A stretch of 57,235 nucleotides of DNA, filler included, from Bipalium vagum (GCA_037834085.1; 3 parts of 3 records of this genome joined end to end with filler, not necessarily neighbours in it), one strand, 5' to 3'. Positions 28,701 to 41,322 are shown, counted from the whole stretch's first letter. Numbers and translations are program-made. Notes: a model not told the origin generated them from the letters alone.

Positions 28701-29667
28701 ATTGAGTTTGTATAACTTCCAGTCTTTCATAAAGACGAGGTTTTCCTGTGGCTTTGACAACATTTGTGGTTACTTCAACTTCTGATACCAGACCCTTGAA
28801 ATCCTTATCGATTTTATCGAATCTTTCCGAATCTTCAGGCAACTGCTTTCTTATATCATCCGATCCGATGAAAATCGATTCCAAATGAGACCATGTACGC
28901 TGGACTTCAAACCAAATCTGAATCACTTGATCAGCTGTGGACAATTTCTTTTGCCAGTTGAAAACTTCATCGTAAAAGTGAGAGATATATTTGGATGTCA
29001 TCATGTTTTGCAGTTTTACTTGATCTTCTTCCAAAGTCTCTATGAGTTCTTCGCTGGCTTTTAATAATGTAATTTTCGTTCTGCTGTGCTTCTCGTGTTC
29101 AAATTCCATTTGACTCCAAGTACTGTCAAGTTCCTTCAAAACCTTTTCCATGCTCATTTCTTTCACAGCCTTCTCTACAATACTTCGTACTTCATCTTCA
29201 AAATTGTGCAAATTCAACTTCAACAAGTCTTCCAGCGTTGTTCCATCGTTCATGTCAAATCGGACTTTTGTCGCTGCCATTAATTGAGCCCAATGTCTGT
29301 CTCGGATAGCAGAATTTTGCAATTCATTTACGGCTCTCAAAGACGTCATCATGTTTTTAATCTGATCCTCTACTCCAATGTATGTGTCCCAGGCCCGCAA
29401 CTCTTTATCCAGTGATCTGATATTTTTTGCAAAATTTTTACAATCTTGATCCATCTGTTCAACATTGATTTCTTTCCAAAGAGTCTTTTTCCACACTTCA
29501 ATGCTAAAGTTGACAACATTTACATGATCCCAAAGAATCTTCAGCATTCTCAATTCTTTTCGACATTGTTTCAATTGTTTGAATTCTGGAACCGTGACTT
29601 CGAAGAGAGCAGCAGATTCATTGATCTCGTCCATCGCTGTTTCCATTTCAAAAATCTCAATATTTTT
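19710..29667 (-). CDS. Axonemal outer-arm dynein heavy chain, beta type (DNAH9/11/17 family), C-terminal ~3226 aa: linker, AAA1-6, stalk/MTBD, C-terminal domain. Exons 29667-26578, 26521-26048, 25965-25660, 25602-25435, 25352-19710
   Basis: P-loops [33 protein letters not shown]; [12 protein letters not shown]; [10 protein letters not shown]; ends [12 protein letters not shown]. Four phase-0 GT-AG introns (56, 82, 57, 82 nt) give one frame. Starts at a phase-0 acceptor (aattcag|[18 protein letters not shown]). Confidence 0.96.
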
Positions 29668-29735
29668 CTGAATTAAATTAATAGAATTTAATGAGTCTTT
29701 TTAACTATTTAGAACTATTTAGGAATATTAAATTA

Positions 29736-29737
<2 letters not shown>

Positions 29738-29770
<33 letters not shown>

Positions 29771-29775
29771 TAATG
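29738..29775. repeat. (AAT)n microsatellite
   Basis: About 11 AAT units read directly. Confidence 0.9.
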
Positions 29776-31501
29776 ATAACAAATTTAAATATTTTATCTT
29801 CGTTGTTAGTTACCTCTGTCATAAATTTTTATGGATATCCTTATTGCAAATCTTAGAGATATTAGTGATTTCTAATAAACATAATGGAAAATAATCCAAT
29901 AAATCATTGTTTTTGAGTTAAAAAAAATAATATAATTAATTCTGGATTTGAAATAGTAACGAAAACTCTACGGAATAATTAATTTTTCTATTGTGTGGAA
30001 AACAAAATAATTTTAAATAGTTCTAACCAATCTAAAAAGTTCCAATGAAATTAAAAAGTTTTCAATAAAAACTTGAATTTTTATTGGCTCTTCTATTTAT
30101 ATTTAGCCGCAAAATATTAAAAATATTTTTATTTACTTTTTGTAACTTGTTGGACTGAAAAACAGATAAAAAAGTAAGTCGACATTTTAATTAACATTTG
30201 CAATTTTTGTTCTATTAAGAATTTCAATTAATTAATTTAATGCAAGGTTAAAATTATTTCTTTATTTTAATTACAATTAACATTAACTAATTGAATTTTG
30301 TTTTAATCAAAACTCATTTTTATTTAAACAAATCAAATTAAAAATGATTTATATATATTTCTATAAAATAATATAATATAATGTTAATTATCATGATTTA
30401 AAAACAAATATCCATAAAATAATAAATAAACTGGAGAAATATTTTCAAGTATTATCAAAATTCTAATCAAACTAAATTTTAATAAGTTGCTTCACTTGTT
30501 TTTTTTAATTCGTCTAAATTCATTTAAATAGTATCAGAAAGGAATTAAAGTATCCAACAACGAATATCGTATTTTGAAGTCTTTCAAAGTTTAGACTGTG
30601 GAGAAATTATCCAAAATAAATACGTAATATATTAATAATATTTTTATCGTCTGAAAAAAGATTAAACCATATAAATCAAACTTATGGATAATTCTTCAGT
30701 AATCCGTCTTTAAAAGGCTTATTTGAAGAAAAACAAATCTCTGATTTTTATATTAAATTGGTGAATGATGGAGTTCAAAGGGTTATAATTACTATAAATA
30801 TATTTAATAATATAAAATAAATTTAGAAAAATTAAAATATTTTTTTTTTCATTTTTGTAAGGATTTATGAAAAATGAAAACATTTTAATGTTTTGGTCAA
30901 TGATAAAAATTGAGTATAATTATCGAATTTTTAAATTTTCTTCTATCTTTTAATTTTTTTGTTTGAAAGAAAATTTCGCAAATGAGAATATATTATTAAT
31001 AATATTTTTGAAAAAAATGAAACTAAAATATTTATATTTTTTGTAACCGGGTCAAGCTTTTATCAATTAAAAATCTTCAGTTTATTATTAGAAAAATTAA
31101 AAAACAAAACAAAAAAGCCTTTCCTGTTGTGGTCTTGATTAAAACTATAAAAAAGCAAAAATAATGATTATGATAATAGTATTAATAATAATTGCTAATA
31201 AAAGAAATTTGCAGTGTAATGTGACTTTTATATTAAGATTCTAAACTTTTTCAATTTTTTGTGGATATTTAATTTTTTTCAAAATTCTTTACATTATTTA
31301 GGTTATTTATGTATTTTTTATTATGCATATTTTCATTTATTTATTATTTTAATAATTATTTATTTTAATAGATATATAATTGATTTTTTATCAATCCTTA
31401 TTTTAAAATTATTTTTCTTTTAATAATTTCTGTTAATAGATGGTCTTTTATGAACAGTTCTCAGTTTTACTTAATATAAAATAATTTTATTGTTTTTGAA
31501 G

Positions 31502-34500
31502 TGGAATGGGAAAATTTGAAATCAATAAGCGATCTGAAACGATTGCCTCTACCTTACCTTTTGCCTCAATATAACGAAATCACAGAAAACTCGACAGCTC
31601 CAATCTTGGACAAGTGGTCTGTCACTCAAATGTGGATCACCTACGCCAGCTTGATGAAGCAGATTTACAATCCGACTCACAAGGAAGAAAATTTTCAAGA
31701 TGGATTTTTCTCTAACTTTAATGATCAACATCACAAAGAGATGAGCGCAAAATGTTTTCCTGAAGAAATAGCTTTAGACTTAAGTATCCCAAGAAAGCTG
31801 GAAAGGAAACTACTTCAAACTGATGATCGTGGCCAGAACGATCTGGATGATGCTGTAGTAGTACAAAGTAACGATAGTCAACCAAGTTTTCAGACGAACT
31901 TTACAGAAAAACAGTGCAAAAAGTATGCTTTTTCTCATCTTTAAATTTAACTAACGATTCAGTATAGTCATATAATCTTATTAAAAGTAAAGATAACATT
32001 TAAGGCTTTAAAATAAGAATATAAATTGTTTATTAATGACTTTTTTACTTTATTATTACTTAATTATTGTGATATGTAAATTATGCAATATTAATAACTA
32101 ATCATACATTTATGTATTACGATTGTCAGAACTAAAGTGATTTAATAAAAATATAAATTATTAATTGAAATTTTATAAAAATAATCATAAAATTTTAATT
32201 AAAAGTTAACTATTATGCAGATGGGAACCATTTCAGTAAATGAGTTTGTTCCACTGTTTTTATTTTATGAAAAAAATTATCAATCCGTAATGTATAACAA
32301 ATATTTTAAAGTTAAATTTAAATAGTAAAAATAATATGATAATAATTAAATTTTTAGAAATAATTTAAATAATATTGCATTTTTAATCATATTATTATTA
32401 TTTATATTACGAGTATTACTTAAATTCCTGAAAAATGAGAATTTCCAAATATTTGTATTAATTTTACTTTATTTTTATGGGAAAAGGTTTTAAAATATTA
32501 CTGATTTTAATAATTATAAAGAAAATGTATGAATTATAATTTTATTATTATAATCTGTTGTTATAATAATTATCCTGCTGTGGTCGCCATGTTAGTTACT
32601 GCGACGTTATCAACAGTTTCTGAATTCATAAAGTCAAGATTTGGTAACATTTTTATTCGAAGAAAATAATTGTATCGTTTGAATAAGTGTTCTCTTTTTA
32701 TTATTTACTTATACAAATAAATTATCTGCGACTTTTGTTAACATTAATTTAATTATTATTATTATTTTAAATTTTTAAAAGAAACCTTTATATTTATTAA
32801 AATTATTAAAAAATTTATTTTACACTAAGGATTAAATTTTAATATATTACTTTAAAGTTTATTTTAAAAATATTTATTATTTATTTTTTAATATTATTAT
32901 TTAATATTTTCTTGAAATTCTTCAATCTATTTTGTATTTATAAATGAGAAATTTATTTTATTTTATATTATATAATGAGTACCACACATAATGAGTGAAG
33001 TTTATGGCAAATCTGGATTTCAATAAATCCGAACTTTGTTATGTAACAACCTAATAGGAAATAATCTTCATAAATTTTTAATTTTAATTAGTTATTTTAT
33101 AATTAATTGTCATAAACTATGCATAAGCTCTAAAGATATGAGTTATTACAATACTTTTCCTTTATATCTTATTAGGAGCATAAATAAATTTTCATCCTTT
33201 TAAGACAAAGAATTTTTATTAACAAAGAACATTTAAAGTACATTTAATCAAAATATTTTCCATCACAATAAACTACTTTTTCCATCTATCAGGGAAAAGA
33301 TGAATAACCCGTTGAAAAAAGTATGAGTTGGTTTGGATAAAATTGTCAATGAAATTCTACACCTCTCCAATATTGCTTAAGTGTACATCGGAAAGACTGA
33401 GTTAGATGGAACAAAATAGGTGAAAATCCGTTGAAAAATCCGGGGAATGCTGGATGCTGTAAAATTTCCCATTTTAGGTCAGTCAAAGTTTCCTTCGTTC
33501 TTAATGCCACATGTGGTCTGGCGTTGTCACACAGAAGAAGCACTTAACTTTGTTTGGTTGCAAAATATGGCTGTTTGGCAATTAATATCTCGTTCAACTG
33601 TCTCAATTGATTGCCGTATAATTCCGCAGTATCAGTCTCAGATGATATAATAGTTCATAATAAAGCACTCCCTGTATATCCCATAAGATACACAGGAGTA
33701 TTTATTTTAGTTACAATTTCAAAGGTGATTAAAGTATTTTTTAAGAAATTAAATAAATGCATAAGCAATTTTTTATTCTTTAAAATTCAGTCAATTGCAG
33801 TATTTCGTGTTCTACCTACCTTCTTTCTGCAAGCGATCCAATGTCTCAACAATATTTGACCATCTTATGTGATAAAAAATTGTGATTTATTAGTTAAACG
33901 TTCTTCACATGATAAAATCGAAAATAAAAAATTTTTTTTTCATATTACAGATGAAAAAATGTTGAAAATAAATAATTTTTACTAAAACCATTATCATATT
34001 TTCAATGTTATATTTCAAAATAAGGCATTAGTTTTAAATAATAATAATCTTTCATTGGATATTTTATTTTATTTTTGTAAAAAATGGATAAAGTTTGAGT
34101 AGCAATCTTTCTAGAAAATATATTTGATTTTAGAATAATTTCTTTGAAAAGAAAATAATAACTGAGCTCTAAATTCTGGAATATTAATTAATTAATCATT
34201 TGTTGGGGCTTATTAATTAATTCAACTGTTAAATTTTCAAAACTGAAATTTTCTAAAAAACAACAAAGTTAATTTTAAAAGTTAACAATCTAAAGTCTGG
34301 AATCAGGCTTTGAAGTTGCATTTGAAGAGCCTCTAATTTTCAGCTTCTTTATATTAATTAATATCTCCGTAAAAACTCTTAGTTAACATGTTGCTTAGCA
34401 ATTAATTAATTCTTATCATTCAGTTTTTAACTATTTGTTATAGAAAGAAGGAAACTAATTTTATTGAAGAAATGAAATATTGGAAATCAAATTTAAAAGG

Positions 34501-35070
34501 TGTATTGATTTGCCCTATTCCCAATTGTGATGGCAAAGGTCATTCATCGGGACAATATAATAGTCACCGAAGCTTATCCGGGTGTCCTCATGTGGATAAA
34601 AAGCTAGTTAAATCATTGCATATTGAGCNNNNNNNNNNNNNNNNNNNNNNNNNNNNNNNNNNNNNNNNNNNNNNNNNNNNNNNNNNNNNNNNNNNNNNNN
34701 NNNNNNNNNNNNNNNNNNNNNNNNNNNNNNNNNNNNNNNNNNNNNNNNNNNNNNNNNNNNNNNNNNNNNNNNNNNNNNNNNNNNNNNNNNNNNNNNNNNN
34801 NNNNNNNNNTAATTGTAATTCCATTAATTTTAATATATTTATATTTATATATAAATTTTCAAATCAGTTTAAATCATTTTATTAAAAATAAAAATATTAC
34901 TATTAATAATTGTTTATTTTAGATGCCCAACAGTTGGATGCAATGGTTTTGGTCATATAATCAGTCAATATTCTTCTCATCGTAGTTTATCAGGATGCCC
35001 TATTTTTAATAGAAAAAAGGAATCAAATAATAAATTGAAAAAGTCTCCAAAGAAAAAAAATGTTGATTAA
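31502..35070 (+). CDS. Myt1/NZF-family C2HC zinc-finger protein with two fingers. Exons ~31502-31922, 34444-~34630 (runs into the gap), 34923-35070; start not determined
   Basis: [26 protein letters not shown] and [26 protein letters not shown]. The upstream exon has an ALDLS motif and joins in frame (phase 2, aa|gtatgc...ttatag|a). Confidence 0.85.
33170..33700 (-). mobile_element. Mariner remnant in the Myt1 intron
   Basis: [31 protein letters not shown]; C-terminal [17 protein letters not shown]-like segment. Confidence 0.85.
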
Positions 35071-35122
35071 AAATAAATTTGACGTGATAATTCTGTATTT
35101 TAATAAATTTTTATTCTCGATC

Positions 35123-36021
35123 TGTAATACCGTTCCAAGGAAATATTAAGACAAGGGTCTAAAACATCTCAAAATTTATTTGCTGATTATGTAACAAACT
35201 ATACCATCAAATAATAAATTTCTTCTCTCGATATCAGATATTCGATATTCCATCTTAAGGTTTAATGATAAATAATAATAAAAAACCAGCACTGATCAAT
35301 TGTCTGAAAACTCAAGTCAATGTAAACGAATGTTACAATAAGTTATGATATTCAAAAAAAATACTAGATCAATACAAATCACAAAAACAGAAATGATTAA
35401 AATCGATTAAAATTAAATTAAAATGACCTCACCCAGAGCGACAAGGGGTCCCCGCTTAGGGATTCCCAAGCTCGTTGGGTCCCCTTGTAAAAATCCTGTT
35501 CCGTTGGCATATTGTGGCAAAACGAAAGAAAAATATTTCTCCAATCACCGTGGTCGTCGTTGAATAATTCCTGGCTTGTCCTTGTCGTCCACACAATAGT
35601 ATCCTTTCTTCTCCTGCTAAAATCTCGATCCTCTTGTAAATGTTTTCTTTAAATAGTCAAGAGTCACTTCAAGAAGTATTTTAATAGTGGGTACTGTATG
35701 AAATAGTCATCTCTTTATATAGTCGTAGAGATTGGGCTACGATCACCAATTCCCGAGACTCGAGACGGCATTTTCCAACAATAGCCTGCAATTCCTAACT
35801 CTGTCTCCACGCCGAGACAAACACGGATATGTGATGTCAAAAATAACTCATTATTAACAATTTTCATCAAAGTCCGGACGCCGAGACTCTGGTGTATCAT
35901 TCAAAATTTAATATCATTCCTGATTTTAAAAAGATTTATAAAAAAAATTAATTTTTTTATTATTATCTTAATAATAATATTATTATTATTTTATTATTCG
36001 GCGCCTTGGACCATCTTAACA
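35123..36021 (-). mobile_element. Solo-LTR-like segment
   Basis: TG...CA ends, minus-strand CTATATAAAGAG box (~35711-35722), repeated CCGAGAC motifs, GC-rich structured motif followed by a GTGAG donor. No matching TSD seen. Confidence 0.45.
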
Positions 36022-36089
36022 TAAACAAAAAATTAAACAAATACCTTGTGAAAACATATTGTTAAAATCCCACTATAAAAAACACTAGA

Positions 36090-36240
36090 ACTTTCTTGCC
36101 GAAAGTCACTGTTTAGTTACTTTTTGGGAAAGAGGAATCATCGGACCACATTTCTTTGAGGATGAAGCTGAAAATGCAATTACCGTTAATGAGGAACAAT
36201 ATAATTCACTTTTGATTAACTATTTATGGCCAACTTCAAA
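36090..36240 (+). mobile_element. Tc1/mariner-superfamily (DD41D/rosa-like) fragment
   Basis: RGIIGPHFFEDEAENAITVNEEQY. Confidence 0.6.
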
Positions 36241-36659
36241 AAATTAAAGCACATTCTGTCTTAATAAGACTCTTTATAATGAAAAATCCGCAATTTATTG
36301 CACAGCTGATTTTTTACCACGATAAGTTTTAAAAATTAATTTTCTTTTAAATGTCTTTTAATAATTATTTAAATTAACTTTTAATTTAATATTTGAGCAC
36401 TTCATTTTAAAAAAAAATAATATTCCTTTCGTTTTGTTATCTATTGTTTTATAAGCATTACATATAATATTTAAAAATATCTTTTCGTGAAAGTTTCATT
36501 AGGTTTCTCATTTGTAAATTGAAATAGTATCTCCAGAATTTATTTTATATTTATCAGTTAACTGTTTTTCTAAGCAGTTATAAAACAAAATTACATGTTA
36601 TTTTAGAATACTCTGATATAGAAAATTCTACATAATTAAATTTATCAAACGTTATTTTA

Positions 36660-37192
36660 ATATTTTCATTTTGAGGAACGAATAATGATGCGATCTTGAT
36701 GAGCAGTTGTTTTCCTTGGTCTTCCAGATATTGGTGCATTAAAAATATTTCCATTTCTGTTAAATTTGTTGACCCAATTTCTGATTACCTCTTGCTTAAG
36801 CCCAAAATCGCGCGAATGCTTGTGTTCTGCCTTTTTAAACTGCCATAACAACTCGTTCCTTAATATCATTACTATAACTTTTTGCTCTCACGATGATTGA
36901 AACTAAATAGTTTTAGACACTATTTTAAGAAAATAGTTAATAATATTACTATAAATTGATTATAATTCATTATAAATAAAATGACAAATAATTTTTGAGT
37001 GCTTGTTTTTAATGGTTTATGCTTTTTTATTATGTAAAATTTTATATATTAAAATACTTTTTAGAGTTTATTTCTTTGCATATGTAGGAAGATTTTTAAC
37101 AACAAAATTTTAACATAATTATCTAGTAACAGCTAAATTTACATGTGAAAACTTAAAATTAGGGGGTCAACTAACTTTTGAGCGCTACTGTA
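36660..37192 (-). mobile_element. Tc1-like element 5' part
   Basis: IRNWVNKFNRNGNIFNAPISGRPRKTTAHQDRIIIR; terminus TACAGTAGCGCTCAAAAGTT on the minus strand at 37192. Confidence 0.8.
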
Positions 37193-37319
37193 CCTACAAT
37201 CCATATTTTCCTTTCATTGATTAAGTCCTCACATATTATTTTTCCTGCTGGTAATGAGTCATTATTAATGACTTAATATAAATTATAATATTTAAATATT
37301 TTAAAAAAATTAATTTAAC

Positions 37320-38471
37320 ATACCAGGGTTCTTAATTACTGCATCCCATTCATGTGCAGAGAGTTCAAAAAACAATAAAAATTGTTCTTAGGTATTTTAT
37401 TATTTATATTAACATATCTATCTTATGTTAACAGATGAGATTCTCTCTAATTCCTTTTTCTATTAATAATAAATAATCATATATATCTTCTTTAAAATAT
37501 TTAAGCTTTACATTTTTGTATTGAAATCATATGTTCAAGGATACTTCAGTAGCACCATAACAATATCATGGGATTATTTCATGATAATTTAAGCTTGATT
37601 CTCAAAACTTTTAAAGAAGTTAGTTACATTATTGATATTAATACATTGTTCTGTCTTCCAAAAAATACAACTTCAAAACTTCAACCACTTGACGCAGGCA
37701 TAATAAAAAAGTTTAAAACCTAGATATTACCATTACCAACTTTCAAACATAGTCAACAAAATTACTTTTGAGAAAAAAGCGAAAACTTTATTTAAAGAAT
37801 TAAGGTTGACTGATGCAATTATCTATAGTGCCTACGTCTGGCAAGACAATTATTAGGAATTGCTGGAGTCATATAGGGCCTACAAAAGAAGAAACTTTAA
37901 ATAAGCTCACCATAGAACCCATTGAGATTGCAAATTATGAAAACTTAACAAATGAGATGGATCTAATAGATAAAATTAGTTAAGATTTATTGGATTTGGA
38001 CTTGATCATTGAGGATCGACTTTGTGATTCTAGTTACTTTAATAGAAATGCAATATGAAATGGTGCTTCAGCAATCTGAAAACAGTGACCAATAAAAATG
38101 TAAAATGTGAAGAAAAATAATCTTTTCATGTGGTAATAACTTATTTTGACAAGCAAATGTCATTTTTAGTAGGTATTCTTAAAGTTTCAGAGAAAGGTAT
38201 TGAATCCTTGAAGAAAATTGAAAGAATGATAAATTCCAAAAAATGCTGAAATATAAACAAAACTTTAGACTTTTGGCTTAATAAATAAATCTTAAATTTT
38301 GATGTTGATTTTTTCATTTTAAATTTAAGAATTATTTAGACTTTTTATAAATTAAGTATGTAGATGTTACACAATATTTTTGACTATTGGACCTCAAATT
38401 TTACCACTCTCTAATTATTGCTATCGTTAGCATGGGTCCCATTGGTGGTAAAATCAGAGTGAGCACTGTAC
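37320..38471 (+). mobile_element. pogo/Tigger (DDE_1) remnant
   Basis: LPKNTTSKLQPLDAGIIKKFK; terminal CACTGTA at ~38465-38471. Confidence 0.75.
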
Positions 38472-39752
38472 ACATAATTATAGTAAAGTAAAACATACTC
38501 TTTAAAATTCTTAAATTTGTTACTTTTATTATTTCTAAGCCCAAAAACTTTGCTGATCTATAACTTAGTTGCTACCGTTTTCTTAGACTTCTGAATCAAA
38601 AATTACCAAAATAACCTTTACTATAAAAATCAGAATAAACCAATTAATCGAAAATTAATAAAAGAAAATTAAAAATCTTTAGATTAAGTATTAGTATTAG
38701 TTACCGTTTAAGGTATAGATTTGAATTTCAATAAAAAACTTTAGAAGAGCAGAATTTGTTGAAAATCGAAGATATTTCATTAACGATATCCAGAGGAAAT
38801 ATTAATAACAGTTACTATCAACTTAAGCTGAGTGGAACCCCATAATTCGAAGGAAAATTTTTATTTTTTATGGGTTTTAAGCTAATATGAATGCACAAAT
38901 AAAATAATGTGTAAATAAACTGATTGTGTAAAAAACGCAATAAGGAAAGGTTGCAATGTCATTATTGCAACAAAAAATGAGAAAGAAATCTTATCCGTGA
39001 TAACTTATCAGTAATTAAACAAATAATTAAATTATAAATAAGTTAATTAATAATTAAATAAAAAATATAGATAAAAATACCCATTAAAAATAATCAAAAC
39101 TTTAAATGATATTAAGTTTCAATAAACTATGAATAATTAAATAATTTCAAAATAAATAATGTATAAGCATAAATAATGTTATAATCAGGAAAGCTTGATA
39201 AAAAGGAATTTTTAAAAAATACTATCGAATATATAAATTAAAAATTTATGCTTATGAAATATGTCGTTAATAAATTATTAATAAATAAAAATATTATAAT
39301 TTTATTAACGAAACGCTGGTTACATTAAATTATCAAATAACACCAACTTAGTTATGCCAGCGAATTTCATTCATATTCCAGTATTTAGAAATGAATTAAT
39401 TATATGTTAACAATGACAAAAATGGTAAGGAAACTGAACTTAAGAAATAAAAATAAGGCTGATATTTTAATATTTTACACTGAAATCTTATATTTTAATG
39501 AAAAAAAGTAATAGTTAAAGTAAAATTTAGTGATTTTATAAAATTTTTGCTTGAAAATAAAAAACATGATAAAAAGTAAAATTTTTAGATAGATTTTTTT
39601 GAAAAAAATTTTCATTTTTAATGAAAAAATAAGAAAAAGAATTTTATCCAAATATTTTAGTCTGATTTTATAAGTTGATTTTTAATTAAATAAAATTTAA
39701 TTATATAATAAATATTAGGTATTATTAAATACAATAGCGTTGTTAATTTAGT

Positions 39753-39783
39753 GTTCTACTTAGCAACGAAACTCTATAGTAAC
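39753..39783. promoter_or_regulatory. RFX X-box-like sites upstream of the dynein start
   Basis: GTTCTACTTAGCAAC and a second TAGTAAC half-site 60-90 nt before the ATG of a ciliary gene; imperfect consensus match. Confidence 0.45.
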
Positions 39784-39842
39784 ATTTTATAATTAATTTG
39801 ATTCAATTAATTCAGCGAATCTGATTATCATAAATCGCGATT

Positions 39843-40515
39843 ATGACTTCTGATTTAGAGCTGAATGATAAAAGAGGCGAATTTATCGCTGAATATACAC
39901 TGAAATCATTGAAGCAAAAAGCGGACAAGTTTGTAAAGTTATGGAATTCCGAAGAAACCAGACAATTAATTTTGGACTTCTTTGAAAAATCAGAAATTTC
40001 CCATTTATTTGTCTTACAAGCTCCTGGCGGTGGTGCACTACAAATTCAGTATGAATTTCCGACAAATCTTAAAAACAAGGCTTGCTTTTTTTCTAAAAAA
40101 GCTAAAGAAACGATTTCCAAAGATGCGGCATTTAATAAAATATTGCTTTATGGTGATATATCTTATAGTCCCTTAGACCAGTTTTCTTCATTTGTTGACG
40201 AAGTGATATTTTTTAAAATTTTGATCACACCACTCTAAACAAACCTCCTTTAAGGTGATATTGCCAGTTTTGTCGAATTCAAAAAACCAAGAGTCATGGC
40301 CATCGGTAATCTCAAACGATGTCATTCGACATACAAACTCTCTCAAGCACCAAACAGATGTTGTATTGGGTCAATCAAAAGGCAAAACTTTGCTTCCATT
40401 GCCAGCTGGGTCGGAAAAGGTTTCCGAGAACGATATTAACGCCATAGGGTTTGTTTTGTACTTTTAACTGTAATATAATAGCCAAATTAAACATTTAGAT
40501 TTCATAAGACAATTG
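39843..40515 (+). CDS. N-terminal exons of a beta-type axonemal dynein heavy chain (39843-40202, 40255-40448, probable 17-nt microexon 40499-40515); incomplete, contig ends at 40802
   Basis: DKRGEFIAEYTLKSLKQKADK..LYGDISYSPLDQFSSFVDE|VILPVLSNSKNQESWPSVISNDVIRH..GQSKGKTLLPLPAGSEKV matches the recalled N-terminus of sea-urchin beta dynein/DNAH9/17. GT-AG introns of 52 and 50 nt. Confidence 0.9.
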
Positions 40516-40724
40516 GTAAGTTAAATATTGATATTAAATACAGTTAGGTTGGAATTCAGTTTAGTCTGTTATATTATTTTCTGCTAGCCTATACGAAATA
40601 TATTGCTACGATATTAATAAAAATATGAAATATATTATTGATATCTTAGTTATTATCATTTATGAAAATAAATAATATAAATATGGAAAATTGTTACCTT
40701 AATAAAATATTTACAAGGACAAAG

Positions 40725-40740
40725 GATAATAATAATAATA

Positions 40741-40802
<62 letters not shown>
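40725..40802. repeat. (AAT)n microsatellite at contig end
   Basis: About 25 AAT units running into the linker. Confidence 0.95.
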
Positions 40803-40902
40803 NNNNNNNNNNNNNNNNNNNNNNNNNNNNNNNNNNNNNNNNNNNNTTAATTAATTAANNNNNNNNNNNNNNNNNNNNNNNNNNNNNNNNNNNNNNNNNN
40901 NN
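40803..40902. other. Artificial assembly linker N44-TTAATTAATTAA-N44
   Basis: Identical to 18478-18577. Confidence 0.95.
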
Positions 40903-41320
40903 TTAAAAAGAGGCACAATATAAAGAAACGTCAAATACACGGTGAATCAGGTTCAGTCGATCAAAATATTATTAACGCTAATATTATTATTATATATTAA
41001 TATTATTAATATTATTATTATATATTACCTGTCTTAATTGACGTCATTAACAAATATAATCCAAATGATGTTTTCAACTTTGACGAAACTGGTCTATTTT
41101 ATAGATGGAACCAGATAAAACTTTAAAAAAACTCTCGTCTTTAAAAATTGATAGCCCGATGTCTTTTGTAGAGTATATGATGGTTGACAGTGATGATTTC
41201 AACGATGAAAAATTGGATGAAACAAATGATAATACAGTAAGCAATAATGATGATACTGAGGATACAATTGAACCGGCCTTTGAATGGAGTATGAATGATC
41301 ATACCTTTTTTTCTTAATAA
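40903..41320 (+). mobile_element. pogo/Tigger (CENP-B-like) fragment
   Basis: KRHNIKKRQIHGESGSVD; YNPNDVFNFDETGLFYR. Confidence 0.8.
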
Positions 41321-41322
41321 TG

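Noticed and set aside
19938-29676. Many plus-strand and alternate-frame ORFs over the dynein (and similar ones over DDX6)
   Set aside because: Shadow ORFs of long coding sequence with no recognisable motifs.
29738-40802. (AAU)n in the N-terminal piece's intron pairing with (UUA)n before the motor-half acceptor as a trans-splicing guide
   Set aside because: They are complementary, but AAT repeats are common in this window, the phases differ (1 vs 0), and ~1050 aa would be skipped.
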